This document shows positions 21,101-33,677 of a stretch of DNA of 44,705 nucleotides, piece after piece. This DNA comes from Coniocarpon cinnabarinum (taxonomy: Eukaryota). Each line of letters starts with the position of its first letter. Position 1 is the stretch's first letter. Position numbers and translations under genes: made by a program. Under the pieces are notes generated by a model. That model was given only the letters and a program-made list of their open reading frames with translations, did not search any database and was not told where the DNA came from. The DNA is taken from NCBI GenBank assembly GCA_051942205.1, contig JAVECO010000024.1, forward strand, positions 124,001 through 168,705, written 5' to 3'.

Positions 21101-24100
21101 TTAGAATCCAAATGGATTCGTCGCAGCTGTAGTTACTGTTAGTGGCAATTACGTCTTGAGATCGAGCAGTCAACACTTACTAGCATTAGCAAGATTAGCT
21201 TTACCGGTTGCCTGCGGCATGATCTTGTTCGCCGAGTTGACACCGAATTGGACGGGTGGAGCGGGTCCTGTCTTCTGTGGTAGCAGAGCTGGCGCGCTCT
21301 GTTGCTGTGATAAAGACGGCACAGGCGGCATGGGAGGCGCTGCTTGGGACTGGGCGAAGCCGTTTGGCTGAGGACCGAACCCACCAAAGCCAGCACCAGT
21401 TGGTTGAGGTTGTAGAGGCGCTGGAAGCATGCTGTTGACACCAGTAGCCTGTGGCTGCAGGGGTTGCTGTTGCAAGAAGCTGGACTGAAAGCCCGTGGGC
21501 TGTGGTTGGAATGGGGCCCTGGGTGGATCGGCAAACGGACTACCCGTCTGTTGTCCATTCAGTTGTGGCTGATGTGCCTGCGGAGGCGGGTATTGCTGAG
21601 GCTGTTGAGACAAGAAGTTTGCAGCTTGTGGTTGCATAGGTTGCTGCACAAATTGAGATTGAGGCTGGTTTGCAATCGCGAAACCAGTTTGTTGAGGCTG
21701 GAAGCCGGAGATAGATGGCTGCTGGATAAACTGCTGTTGGAATCGCTGCTGAGTAAGGTCACTGAGGCTTTGCCCAGGCATCGCGGGTTGGCCTTGATAG
21801 CCGGTCATTTGAGGCTGCAGCGGAGGAGGCGCAAAGGCACTGGGGTGCTGGTTCTGTGGGGCTGACGCAGATCGGTTTACAGGGGGCTGAGGCAAGAATG
21901 AACTCTGAGTCTGGCCTGTCTGCTGGGGAGGTAAAGGTCGCTGACGGGCAACCGATATTTGATCAGCTTGGTTCAGAATCTGACCTTGCATCTGTGGAGC
22001 ACCCAGCTGATCAAAGAAGGCTCGGTTTGCTGCTGTTGGCTGTGATTGTATCGGTGTGTTTGCTGGCTGGTGTTGCTGTTGAGGTACGAGTGACGCAGCA
22101 TTATTCTGATTAGTTGGTGGCGTCGCTGGCGAAGGACCGGACTGCTGTGGCTGAAGGGGTGGCGAGAGAAGCGACAGTTCGGCCATCGCACCGGTAGGAG
22201 TGGGCTTTTGCGGCGCGGGGGCAACCATCTGCGTACCTGGCGATGGAGATTTGAGACCGTCAGGAGGGGTTGGAGGGAGTGGCTTAGATGGCTTCACGTT
22301 CCAGGCGTCATCATCGAAGCCAGATGTTTTGGGTCGATGTGCATTCGACGAGAGCGATGTTGCTGCTGCGGCTGAAGTCGTCCGAGGCGGCACAGGCGAC
22401 ACTTCATCAGCAGCGTCTTTCCTAATGGCATTCTGTTCGAATGCGCGAGGGTCCACGGTGTCATTGTTGGTGAGAGCTGGAGCAGGCCGCCCCTTGCGTG
22501 TGTTATTACGGAGAGCGCCTCCAGGACCAGAGAACAGACCATTTCCGTCAGCTCCGGCGTTGTCTGCCGTCTCACCTTCGAGACTTCTTTTTCGTCCGTA
22601 CTTCTCGTCCAAATGCTTCATGACGCGCAGAATGTCGCCTTCTTTAAGACCTAAAGTCCTCAGCAGTGTGGGCTGGATATCTGGAAGGCTCTCTTCACTC
22701 AGTTGATCTCGATCGAAAGCAAGAGCATATCTCTCGCAGATTTGAGGGTTCACGCCACATTGCAAGAAGAAGTCAAACCAGTCGTACTTGGCGGTATCCG
22801 ACGATTGAAAAGCTGCGCCATTCTGCGGGCGGAGGCTAGGTCGTTTGCTGCTCCGACGTTCAGAGGCACGGCGCTTGTCGATGGCCGTCGAAAGAGGCTT
22901 CTCATCGTCGAGCGATTGGCCGGTCATTCTCTCGACATATTCTAAATCGGTGACAGACATACGGTTGGCAGCTACGGCAATCTTGACACCGTTTAACTTG
23001 TGCAAATGAATTTTACCATCCTTGAGACCCAGGAATTCGGCGTCGACGTGGAATGTGGCGCTTCGATCGGTCCATGTACGAACGTTTGCTGCAGTAGGCT
23101 TCGGCCGGGAGTTAGGATCTACATCTTTCCTATCGGGTTGGCTTTGTCGTCTATTATTCCGCTTCTCGCGCTCACTCGTCTCGAGAGCCTCACGAGTAAG
23201 ACGCTCCTCGTCTAGTCGATTTTGCTGCACAGTCGATCGTGCCTGGGCAAAACCGGCGTCAACTGGGGCCTCGATAGCGCCCGTTATCTCCACATATTGG
23301 CGAGGGACAACACCTTCTTTATTGTTCTTCAGCCGTCGTACCATCCACCATTCATCACTCTTGGTGTCGTCCAGCACAATTACTTCGTCATTCTCTGCCA
23401 CTGTGACCTCGTCGTCGCCTTGAGCCATGAAGTCGTATAGCATTTGACCTTTCTTTTGGCCACCTTTCCCCGTCCCCGCGGCGAGGACCTCCTTCAGACC
23501 CTCCGCCCGCGCAGCGCCTGCGAGCTCGCCCAAAGCGGCTGTGATTTCTTGAGCAGTATCTTTTGCGCCGGCATGAAAATCTATCGACTTGCTGGGTCGA
23601 ACAAGCTCAATGAAGACATGCTTCCCTTCAATTGAGTAATGTGTCATTCTGTCAGCCGTCCACTCTTGTTGAGGTCCATCACGCGATTTCTCAGGTGCGA
23701 TTAAGATTCTACCAGTGCCTGCGTTGATGCCCAGAGTCGTGGGCATTTTCTTGTTTTTACCCATGTGAGATATCATTTCATGGATGTTGTACATGTGATA
23801 TCCCGAAGGCGACACTGGAGCATCGTAGCGCATTGACTGCGTACGACTTCTCCCAGAAGATGCGTGCACTCCAGGTGGCTCAGGACTTCTCGGCGATGGA
23901 GAAGCGTATTGTGTGGGAGGCGGAGACAACGACCGCTCGTTCGGTCTTTGTGGTAGTGGTGGATTTGCTGCATCTTCATCTGACGCCTCTGGGGTGTATT
24001 GTGGTTGTCGTGCGGTTGTGATTGTCGCAGTGGGGCCAGTTCGTTGTTGGAGAACGCCAGCAAGAGCAGCTGCTGGATTGCGTGGCACATCATCGTCCTG

Positions 24101-24661
24101 CTCCTCCGTAGGTATGTGTTCTTGGGGTCGAGCTGGTTTGGGGGGCGGAGGTGGACCTTCGTCATCGGCGTCTTCGTCTACTATATCGATGTAATTCGAT
24201 GGGGCAAACCCAAATTCATCACGTCCCTTGACCAATGTCCAGTCGGGATCACTGGTATCATAGACTTGGACTGTATCATGCTCTGCAAAGCTCACTTCCT
24301 CCTCAGTCTGCCGGTCATAGTCGTAGAGACATTTCGCGTGAGACAGTGGATGCGCCTGCATGTGTCAATCCGCGTGCATGTGGTCATCGATCGTCAAGCG
24401 CGCTCACGTTTTCGATGTAATTGGCAGGGGCTAGCCCCTCGGGCTCGTCTTCGTCGTCCTCCGTAGCTGGGATGCAAGAGTCAGCATGCACCGCTGCTGT
24501 TGGGCGGGATACCAAGTGTTACCCTTCTTTTTAGCCTTGATCCAACCATCGCCCTGATCTTGCTCCTGCACCAGCAGGAGGTCGCCCTCTATTATGCTAA
24601 GCTCGTCGCTTCCTTGAGCGGTGTAGTCGTAGACGGCGCGCGCGACCGAGACAAACCCCAT
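21101..24661 (-). CDS. SLA1: Endocytic adaptor Sla1; exons 24661-24523, 24466-24408, 24355-21181, 21126-21101
   Basis: Three SH3 domains (AVYDYTAQ, CLYDYDRQTEEE, MLYDFMAQGDDE), SHD1 (VRTWTDRSATFHVDAEFLGLKDGKIHLHKLNGVKIAV), SHD2/SAM (YDWFDFFLQCGV...LGLKEGDILRVMK), PQxTG repeats and terminal KANLANATATNPFGF. All three introns are canonical. Confidence 0.97.
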
Positions 24662-24941
24662 GCTTGAGATCCGTAGCAAGGAGGTAGAAGGTAAGAGGTC
24701 TTATTGGGTGAGATCCGACGCTTGCAAATGTCCTAGCGAAGCACCACAATACGTCGGCAAGCAGGCCTTGGGAAATGGAGGGGACAGGTTCCATGACCGG
24801 GGCGGCAACTGCTCTCATTCGCGATTGGGAATCGCCACCTACTGTCATCAGCGTTGGGTCCCAGCTTCTTGTCATGTGCCGCTGCACTGTGCATGTGAAA
24901 CTTCGCACACCGCTGGATCAAGATACTATTCCTGGTCCTTG

Positions 24942-26488
24942 ATGGCTTCATCTGGCTCATCTACACCTAATTACAGCAGTCATGGGAAAGGGCGAGACAC
25001 TATTGTCGAGCGAGAACAGGAAGTGGAGCACGGCGCAGAAAATACCAGTGATCATGACACGCAGTCGTTGCATCAAGAGCGTCGTTTACTGGAGAGGCGT
25101 TTGAGGCTCAAGGTAGACTTGCGGCTCTGCACAATCGCGGGTATTCTATGTTCTCTCAATCTCATTGACTCGGGCATCATATCTAGCGCATCTGTCACAA
25201 CCATGTTTGAAGACTTAGGACTACAGGGCCACCGCTATTCTGTCTCAATCTTCATTTTCACTATCGCAAGTATCGCGTCCCAGCTACCGGCTACGGTCGC
25301 CTCTCGCATGGTGGGTCCACGTCTATTCTTCTCGTGCACTACCTTCGCATTTGGACTCATTACATTCTGCACTGCGTTCATTCACACCTGGCGTGAGATG
25401 ATCGCACTCAGGGTGCTACTCGGAATAGCCATGTCCGGTATTTATCCTGGCTTGACGTATCTCATCTCGACGTGGTACACCAGGCACGAGCAACAACTTC
25501 GTTTCGCCTACCTGCAGACTGGCGAGGTCTTTGTGCTCGCAACTGGTGGCATTGTTAACTATGGTCTCGAACAGTTGCACAGCTCACACGGTTTGGCTGG
25601 CTGGCGATGGATGTTCCTGGTTCAGGGAGCCTGTGCTATGTTTATTGGACTCGTGACCTATTTCTGGATCGTAGACTTTCCTGAGTACGCAGAAAGAAGC
25701 TTTCGCTTCTTGACGAGCGAGGAACAGGCTCTCGCCATTCAACGAATCGAGGAGGATCGCAGTGATGTGCAAGCCGCGCCCTTCCACTGGAATGAAGTCT
25801 TGCGACATACTTCAAGCCTCAAGATTTACGGTTTTGGTGTTATGTTCTTTCTACTCAACATAGTGAGTCTACGTCTACACGTCAAGTGCGAGCGTTCTTG
25901 ACAAATTGTCTTTAGGTCTCGACAGCTCTTTCTTATTTCTTACCCATCATCCTACAAGGTGGCATGGGCTTCTCTACTAACAAGGCAATCTTGCTCAATG
26001 CACCTCCGTATTACTATGCCATTATTCCAGTAATCCTATCCTCACTTACTGCTGACCGGCTGAGCCTTCGTGGCCCAGTGATCGTTTTCAATTGTTCGTG
26101 TCTTGTGATTGGGTTTGCTCTGCTGGGATTTTCTGATCAGGTTGCTGCTCGATATTTTGGAACGTTTCTTGCCACTGGGGCTTATGTATCAAATTGGGCT
26201 GCTCTCACTGCATACTATCAAAACAATATTGTCGGTCAGTGGAAGCGCGCATTTGCCGCTGCGGCAGTTACAGCATTCAACGGAGCTGGAGGAGTAACAG
26301 GCGCTTACATCTTCAAACAAAATGAAGCGCCGAGATATCCTACTGCAGTCTGGGTGGCTATCAGCAGCCATATAATCATGATCGCGATTGTTGGCCTCTT
26401 CACGGCATGCTTTTGGAAAGCCAATCGCACACAAAGAAAAGGCAAGAAAGTCATTGAAGGAACTCCAGGGTTCAGACACACCTATTGA
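24942..26488 (+). CDS. MFS anion:cation symporter (Dal5/Tna1-like); exons 24942-25862, 25916-26488
   Basis: Motifs LRLKVDLRL, LRVLLGIAMSGIYPG..YLISTWYTRHEQQLR, AGWRWMFLVQG, APPY, NNIVGQWKRA, EAPRY and terminal GFRHTY. Intron 25863-25915 (GTGAGT...TTGAC...TAG). Confidence 0.93.
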
Positions 26489-26673
26489 ACAACCCAAGAC
26501 TTCTGCAGAGTTGAGTTGCTGGTCCTGGAGGCTCTGTATATCGTGTAACGCGTGCTTCTGTGAGCGAACCCGAAAGCTCACTTGATGTTTCTAAGGCAAT
26601 CAACGCGCTGGACCAACGAGTATGTTGTCGATTCTTCCCCTTTTGCTTAAGTTCGGGAGCAGAGCAAGGAAAG

Positions 26674-28181
26674 TTAAGATGGACGTCGCTGTACGAGTCG
26701 AAGTTGGCTTTCAAAGTCATCTGTGTTCAAGTAAGCGCCCTTTAGCCAGCGCGGATGCTCTGAGTGTGATGTGAAAGCCGAACGTCCATGCAAGACTCTG
26801 CGATTGTTGAATATGACGCAATAGCCAGACAATAAAGACATTTCAAAGATTCGACCTGGTGCGTGAAGCGCTTCGTTGAAGGCTCTAGCAGCGTCGTGAT
26901 ACCTTCGGAATGACACATCCTGCGAGCAAGCCTGGACCGGCCGGAATGGCGCCTGAAAAGGTGGAGACCAATTGACAAACTTAAGCAGCGGTGCATGTTT
27001 CCGGTTCTTCTCCTGAGTCTGCGGTCAGTCGAGACTCATGCTCAACTCGAGAATGAATCAGGTGGTTACTCACCATCACGAAAGCAGATCGCTCAGGCTC
27101 TACTTCAAAAACCGTTTTCTGGTCGAAGAAAGCCTGGTTTACTTGATTGTAATGGTAGCCCACTGGATATCTTGATAATATGTCAAAGTGTCTCTGTCCA
27201 AGGTTTCCACTATTGTACAGATCACTGGCCGCGGCGAACGCATCGCAGAATACCGATTTGCCTCCGTTAGAAGATGAATTGATGCAGTGAAGGAGCTGCA
27301 GACCAGGCGGCTCTTTCATATACCTTTACAAGATCAGTCCACACGACCACAATAACTTACCGGAGAGTTCGTATTGCTTACAAAAGGTCCATGTGAAGGC
27401 CAAGCTCAGTCGCAGTATAAGCGACGTTTTCTGCGTTTGGTTTGTCCTTCACATCCCACGTCCGCCCATAGAAGGTATGTCGAAGAGGCCCAATCCGTTC
27501 CCCAATCTGCTCAACCGCGTTCTCTTGCAGAGGCACATCTTTGATGAAAGCAAGACCAAAGCGATCGAGTGCAAACAAGATTGCGGAGAAGGCCTCAGAA
27601 GATTGAAGAAAATCATCGAATCTCGCAACAATCCTGCCGGTGCGGTACTCTGTGTCGATCTCGAAAGAATTCCACGAGATTGCATGTTTTACATCGACGG
27701 CATCTTGAGAACTCATCGCAAGCACCTGTCTCTTAGTGAAAAAGGAAGGATGATCTTCAAATACATCTTGATTCCACTCTACTCGAAAGTCATCACCGGT
27801 GCTTCTGCATTGCCTGATTTGGAGACCTGGTGATAGAGCCACTGTATCAAACTGCTTCTGTCCCGAAGATGGACTCACACAGCGCGAGCACGTGCAACTG
27901 TCACGTAAAGCGACGGCGTCTATCCAAGAGGACAAGTTGTTTGGATGCCGCACTTGGAGCCCATCACGGAATGCCGTGATGCCACTTATCGAGCAAAGGA
28001 CTGTTCTACTTTCATTGAAGCTTTCGAGCGCAGTCTGGGAGTCCGATGCGCGCGTTTGGCTAAATGTGCTGAAGCTTCTACTCAAGTGCAATCCTACAGC
28101 ATAGAGACGAAGTTGTTGTCCGCAACAAACCTGAGGACGAAGCCGTAGCCTGACCGCACAAAGATTGGAAGCAAGTCGCAT
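26674..28181 (-). CDS. TauD-family gamma-butyrobetaine dioxygenase-like (Aim17/BBOX-like), probably mitochondrial; exons 28181-27382, 27323-27074, 27012-26674
   Basis: Arg-rich presequence. N-terminal LRDSCTCSRC...H zinc motif, NVAYT...LGLHMDLLYMKEPPGLQLLHC (HxD), VNWSPPFQAP, FNNRRVLHGRSAF and RWLKGAY. Confidence 0.92.
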
Positions 28182-29294
28182 CGCACGCGTTTTGCGAAGT
28201 GTCCTTTTAATGAGTAGCGCGCGTCAAAGGAATAACCAATTCCTAGCTGGACTTCCCACGCTTCCTTAACTGCGAAATTTTACCTATGGATACGGGGCTG
28301 ACTAGCGACCGGATGTAAAGCTAAATCCGGCCTCGCACGGACCTCTGTTGCAAATCGATAGGTGCCCGCTTTCACTGCTAGATACGAAGTCGTCTCCGTG
28401 AGCTGACAAGTGGATCGAGCAGATGTGACGACGTATACAGCAAGGAGCTTTCCCCAAGCAATCCCGATAAAAAAAACAGGTTTTACCTGTTGTCCAATGT
28501 GCGTGATATCCAAAAATACCCCTAGCGCCTACTTCTGTGGCGACGGGAGCTTTTACAAACCTTACTACTGTTAGCATTTACCGAGATTGGCACCCTTTAC
28601 TATCATATTTGCAGGCCAAAGTTCGACGTCACTCACGCAGCCATACGAGTCTGCTACCTGTAATCATTGCCAGATATTAGCCAACATGAATCGACTAATG
28701 CTGTCGTTTAATTCTCCGGATTCGTCTCAATTTTCAAATCTTGTCACACATATCCCTATTTAGCATCAGCAAGCAACACGCAGACTTAGACTGACTTCAG
28801 TCGCTGCTGATGAATCCTTTCAAACGGACTCGAACGAAGATTTCCAGTTATGTGTGCTGATGAAATCAAAGACCTTTCATTCTTACCTTTGATCCGACGA
28901 GGAATTCGAAAGTGATGGCCATGTGAGACGCGGATCATGAAACGCGAGGACAATAAGCACATCAGACGCGAGTTGTGAAACCCAACAGCGCTTGCCGTGT
29001 CAGATACAGATGCTGATCCTACAATATTACATACGAGACCTTTGCGTAAGCACGTATACTCTAACAATCCAACACGCTCACCTACACGTATCTTAATCGC
29101 ATCGCGGCACGTCGTGGAGACGAAGTCGCTACGTATACACATGTGGTCGTAATGGGTTAAGAGGGTATATATTCTCCATGATTCTCCTCCGATGCTGCTT
29201 TGTTGTTGGATCACTCAAACTCTTACTTAGTATTCTCTCATCACCTCGCACGCTAGACATTCCTACGAGAGTTTAGGCATCATCTGGATCAAAT

Positions 29295-29790
29295 ATGAGC
29301 TACGATCCTAAGGCAGCCTTTGCTACTTTCTAGAACTATCTTGACCACCCCATTAAGGAACAAGTCAAAGAGGAAATCAAATCCCAGCTAACCCTCGGGG
29401 AGGCATTCGACAGAAATGCAACACCAAATGCTGTTCATGTTAGGTGCGTTTCCCCAGGCAAGGCCATCGCGAACATTGAGTTTAATGTCCTACAGTGGAG
29501 ATTCGTATTCGTTTTACCTCACACGCCACTTGAAACCAACCATACAGTCTAGAAAATCATTCAAACTTGAAGGAGCATCTAAGATTGCCACCGGAAGGTT
29601 TCCTCCAGGTGGCATTTTGGGCAAAGAGCTAAAGGGTAAAGCTCTAGTGCAGTCATATGAATCGGAAAGAACTGAGCGTTTAAGAGATGAGGCGCAAGCA
29701 GGACCGAGTGCCCCATGGGCCGAATTGGGCAGGGAGGTTCCGAATGAAGATGAGGAGCCAAAGGGCAAAAGAGGAGAGGGGCGTAGGTGA
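29295..29790 (+). pseudogene. Probable two-exon orphan gene with an in-frame TAG at codon 13
   Basis: ATG 29295 (AATATGA), MSYDPKAAFATF*NYLDHPIKEQVKEEIKSQL...; intron 29444-29495 (AG|GTGCGT...TACAG) joins in frame to the 29416-29790 ORF. TATATA near 29166. Confidence 0.45.
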
Positions 29791-30224
29791 GGTGCAGCAT
29801 TATAAATGGTGCTAGCGGCGCGCACACAGTTGCGCGTGAGCAGGAGGCATGCTTGCCTCGTCCCCTCGCTTAGATCTCCTTTTCCACCACGTCCAAAAGT
29901 TCACGCTCGTTAGACAGAATCGAAAGATATACCGAGCCATCGCAATTGCAATCTTGCGCTCAGTTCGCTCGACATCATCTCGGACTGTCCTCGAGAACAG
30001 TGTCTCGTGGCTGGAAATACAACAGGTACAAGTATCGTTTGAGGTGGCAGATCCGGCCACCCTGCCACCAACTGCAACGCACGCTCCATGCTTCCTCACG
30101 TGCTTCTCTCTACTGCCACCCGCAATTACTGCGACTGTCGACCTCTCGCATGCCGCGTGTGTGCTCTTCTTCGTGTGCTTCCAACATTCCCCATGTTCCG
30201 CGCCTAGTGAGCTGAGCTCGATGC

Positions 30225-31451
30225 ATGTCTGAGAGGGCAGAACATCTCAAAGATGAGGTATCAACCCTAAAGTTTCGCATGCATTCAGTGGGTTGGCTGA
30301 TTCAAGTAGGGTACACGCGCTCAAGTTATTATCGCCGGGAGTACAGCCGGGCTAATCTCACGGTACGGTGCTCCTCGCGCAAGGTCACTTCGTATAAGCA
30401 ATCGTCTTGCTCACGTATCAAGCTTTTGCATTGCACCCCTTGATGTCCTGAAAATCCGTCTTCAGCTACAGACTCATTCCCTATCCGATCCATCAAGCTT
30501 TCCGGACTATAAAGGGCCGGTATACTCCGGGACTTGGAACACTCTGCAGACAATCGTCAAGGATGAAGGGATACGTGTATGGCATTCTGTGGATCGATGT
30601 TGCATCAGCAAACCTCACACCGAATAGGCGCTTTGGAAAGGCAACATTCCTGCAGAGCTTCTCTATGTTGCTTATTCGGCAGTGCAATTTAGCACATACC
30701 GCGCAATGACGAGGCTTATGCACAGCTTGCCGCAATCTGCACAGCTTCCTGACGCTGCCGAGTCATTCACTTGTGGAGCCACTGCTGGCGGAGTCGCAAC
30801 GATGTCAACATATCCTCTTGATCTGCTTCGCACAAGGTTCTCTGCGCAAAGCAATGAGAAGATCTATTCCAACCTTGTGGTGGGCTTACGAATGATACAT
30901 CGCGACGAAGGTCTTGCTGGCTTCTTCAGAGGCTCGACCGCCGCAGTCGGGCAAATAGTGCCATACATGGGTCTTTTTTTCGCATCATATGAACCATTGA
31001 AGATTATGCTAGCGGGATATCAGCTTCCCATTGGATCAGGCGATGCAATTGCCGGAGTTGTCGCCAGTGTCACGTCCAAAACAGCGGTGTATCCGCTCGA
31101 CACGGTCCGGAAGCGATTACAGGTTAGTCAACCTATGCCATGCATGCAAGCGAAAGGGTACTCATGATCTGACTAGGTTCAAGGTCCCACCAGATCTCGA
31201 TACGTCCACCGTAACATTCCACAATACACTGGCATCTGGTCCACTCTCAAAGCTATTGTGGAGAAAGAGCGAACGCGCGGGCTTTATCGTGGACTTTCCG
31301 TTAGGTAGAGTCAAACGCTAACCATTTCATCTAGCCATACTTTGACTGATCACGGTGGCGCAGTCTGATCAAGGCCGCCCCTGCAAGTGCAGTAACTATG
31401 TGGACCTACGAAAGGGTCATGACGACTCTGCGGTCGCTCGACGTGAAATGA
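30225..31451 (+). CDS. TPC1: Mitochondrial thiamine pyrophosphate carrier; exons 30225-30257, 30310-30362, 30423-30576, 30628-31122, 31177-31304, 31364-31451
   Basis: Spliced product [45 protein letters not shown]...[13 protein letters not shown]...[10 protein letters not shown]...[15 protein letters not shown]...[16 protein letters not shown]. It has three PxDxxK/R carrier signatures and Tpc1-typical motifs. Confidence 0.93.
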
Positions 31452-31836
31452 TGGATCGACGTCTTGTTCTGAGCGGAAAATGCCATGGTCTTGATCATAT
31501 CCACCAGATGCTACTGAGGCCTACGGATGCTTTGCTTCTATTTGAGCCTCTGTGACCGTGTCAAGTCCTGCGGGACGAGGACCAATACCATCTGGCCTCA
31601 TATCAGACTCCACGAAATTGACAATCGTCTTCTTGTATAGAGATACAAATACCCGACGTATTCTGCTCGAGATTAGATATCTCAGTAAGTGATGTATGGA
31701 TTAAATGATAAATCAGCGTTATGTTGCTGTACTTCTGTATGCCTGAATAAGGCAAACACAAACATTGGGAACAAGCCGCGGCTTTGCGTATCTGCCGACA
31801 CCCACAGATTGTCGAAGCGCGCGATCTGGGCTCAGC

Positions 31837-32865
31837 ATGGAGAGATCCCCAAGCCCAAAGAAACATTTCCGGCCGAAGCCGTCGAGGACCAGTAGCAACG
31901 TTGACAGCAACATTGCGTCCCCGTCTGCGTTGCGACACGCTCTTCCGACGCTTCATCTACCGTCGCGGCATCATCATCCATCAGAAAAGAACAAGCGTCA
32001 TGCAGAGCGACATCCTGTGTCTCACGCCGCTGTTCACTCGCCTACAAATGTGCCCAATGCCATTGCGGAAAAATTCTCCTCGAGCCGGCCGAACCTTCGA
32101 CCAAGCCAAACACCGCATGAGAGCACCTTCCAGGTGAATGAAAAGGGCACGTCGCTCTCCAGGATCTCTACCAACCAATCACGACCGATTGATGTCGCAA
32201 AAGAGCGTCACCGGCGAGTGCGTCGTGAAGAAGAATTGCAGTCCACTCTCAATAGCCTTTCAGATCTTGCAAGCAGCAACACCCGGCGAGTGGATCTGCT
32301 GTGGATGGGATTGCTGGAAAAAATTAGCACACTACAAAACACAATCAAGAGGATGCAAGAGCTTTCTGATGAGACTGATCATATGCGGGAAGGCTACGAA
32401 AAGGAAGCGAGTCAGGTCGAGGATGAGTACGAGAGGCAAATAGATGCGTTTAAAGGGTTTGAAGAGCAGCAACATCAAGCCGAATCGCTTCGAAGCCGAA
32501 TCGAAGCTAGCATGCAAAGATCTGGATCACTGCAAGAGAGGTTGAGAGCTGCGCGAGAACACGTTTCCAGGTGGGAGCGGCGGGAAGACGAATGGCAGGC
32601 GAAAACAGCACTCAAGCTGCGCATTGGTTGGGCTTGTTTTGGCGCCTTGGTTGTACTCATTCTCCTAGGGTTTATTATTCATGCACTTTTTTTCAAAGCG
32701 TCGCCTGAGATACTAACAGAGCGGCCCCTACATGCTATGAATGTGGACGCGCTTTGGAACGAACTCAGCATCGCAAGACCCTCGGGTCGCGCATGGCAAT
32801 GGAGTGTTGATAGCAGTTCAGTCTCCATGGATGAGTCGAGACTGAAGATTCTTGACGATCTATGA
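31837..32865 (+). CDS. Uncharacterised coiled-coil protein with a single C-proximal transmembrane helix
   Basis: Intronless 342 aa ORF: His/Ser-rich N-terminus, about 160 aa heptad region (EEELQSTLNSL...EDEWQAK), TM IGWACFGALVVLILLGFIIHALFF and a short C-terminal tail. Confidence 0.85.
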   Translation: MERSPSPKKHFRPKPSRTSSNVDSNIASPSALRHALPTLHLPSRHHHPSEKNKRHAERHPVSHAAVHSPTNVPNAIAEKFSSSRPNLRPSQTPHESTFQVNEKGTSLSRISTNQSRPIDVAKERHRRVRREEELQSTLNSLSDLASSNTRRVDLLWMGLLEKISTLQNTIKRMQELSDETDHMREGYEKEASQVEDEYERQIDAFKGFEEQQHQAESLRSRIEASMQRSGSLQERLRAAREHVSRWERREDEWQAKTALKLRIGWACFGALVVLILLGFIIHALFFKASPEILTERPLHAMNVDALWNELSIARPSGRAWQWSVDSSSVSMDESRLKILDDL

Positions 32866-32916
32866 GCGTGGTGATCGATGTGCCTCGCTGTCTGACCTCC
32901 CAATCTACGCATGCCT

Positions 32917-33677
32917 TTACTCCGGTCTCTCATCCACATATTTCGTCTCAGCATCTTTGCTTGATACTGGACGCTCCTTGTCGGCGAAAGACCAATTATT
33001 GAGGTAGCCTGCGCCAGCCTGAGGGGGTCAATACGTTTCGAGTCAACACGAAGCAGTCTACAAACCGTGATGTATGAAGCGAAGCCTAACCACGAGACAT
33101 ATGGGGCAAGGAAGTATCCGGCGACCTCATCGACTTGGCTCCAGATATATGTCATGTATCCAGCAACGCCTGTCAAGGCCACGATGTCTAGTGTGGCCGC
33201 AACTGGTCGTTTCCAATGGAAGAAGAGAGGCATAAACAAAAGGTTGAGCCCGAGCTGGACGGTGTACAGCGTTGCACCTTGTTTCGTGAGCTCGATTGTC
33301 CGCCGATTCAAGGAGTTGAGGCCAGTCGTCCATGCTTTGTGAGCAGCAAAGCCCATAGAAGCGTAGAGAATGGTCCACCTGTGCGAGAATCACTTAGCTC
33401 ACGCGGGGACGCCCAGATGGAGCCATGGCCCCTTACATTGGTGCAAAAATCCACGGCGGAGGCCGTAGAGGTGGCTGTTTAAGTGCCATATACGTCTTTT
33501 GTGTGTTTTTAGGTCGAGTGCTGAAGCCCTGTAGAGGGTTCAGCATTCCTGTTACGCCCGGCGACAGTTTGATAGACCTACCACACCCGTGCCTAGAGCG
33601 ATCGGTAGGAAGACTGAGAGGAGGGGCTGCTCAAAAGCGAAGCCCGGCAGTGTCAGTGAGGCAATGTGCGTCGTCAT
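32917..33677 (-). CDS. TspO/MBR family (translocator protein) membrane protein; exons 33677-33582, 33528-33437, 33378-33066, 33018-32917
   Basis: Spliced product MTTHIASLTLP...LPIALGTGVGFSTRP...YMALKQPPLRPPPWIFAPMWTILYASMG...YTVQLGLNLLFMPLFF...LAPYVSWLGFASYITAGAGYLNNW. Three canonical introns. Confidence 0.93.

Noticed and set aside
24660..24941. 94-codon N-terminal extension of the MFS ORF in the ORF track
   Set aside because: It overlaps the SLA1 start codon and spans the whole divergent promoter. ATG 24942 gives a normal-length transporter.
8067..28181. Secondary-metabolite or oxygenase cluster (AlkB, cupin, pirin, TauD-like, MFS)
   Set aside because: No backbone enzyme or cluster regulator, and the genes are interspersed with core genes such as SLA1.
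29800..31451. TPP riboswitch in or near the TPP carrier gene
   Set aside because: No CTGAGA...ATACC...CTTGAT...TAAT...GCG aptamer pattern was seen in the leader or introns, and the introns are too short to hold one.
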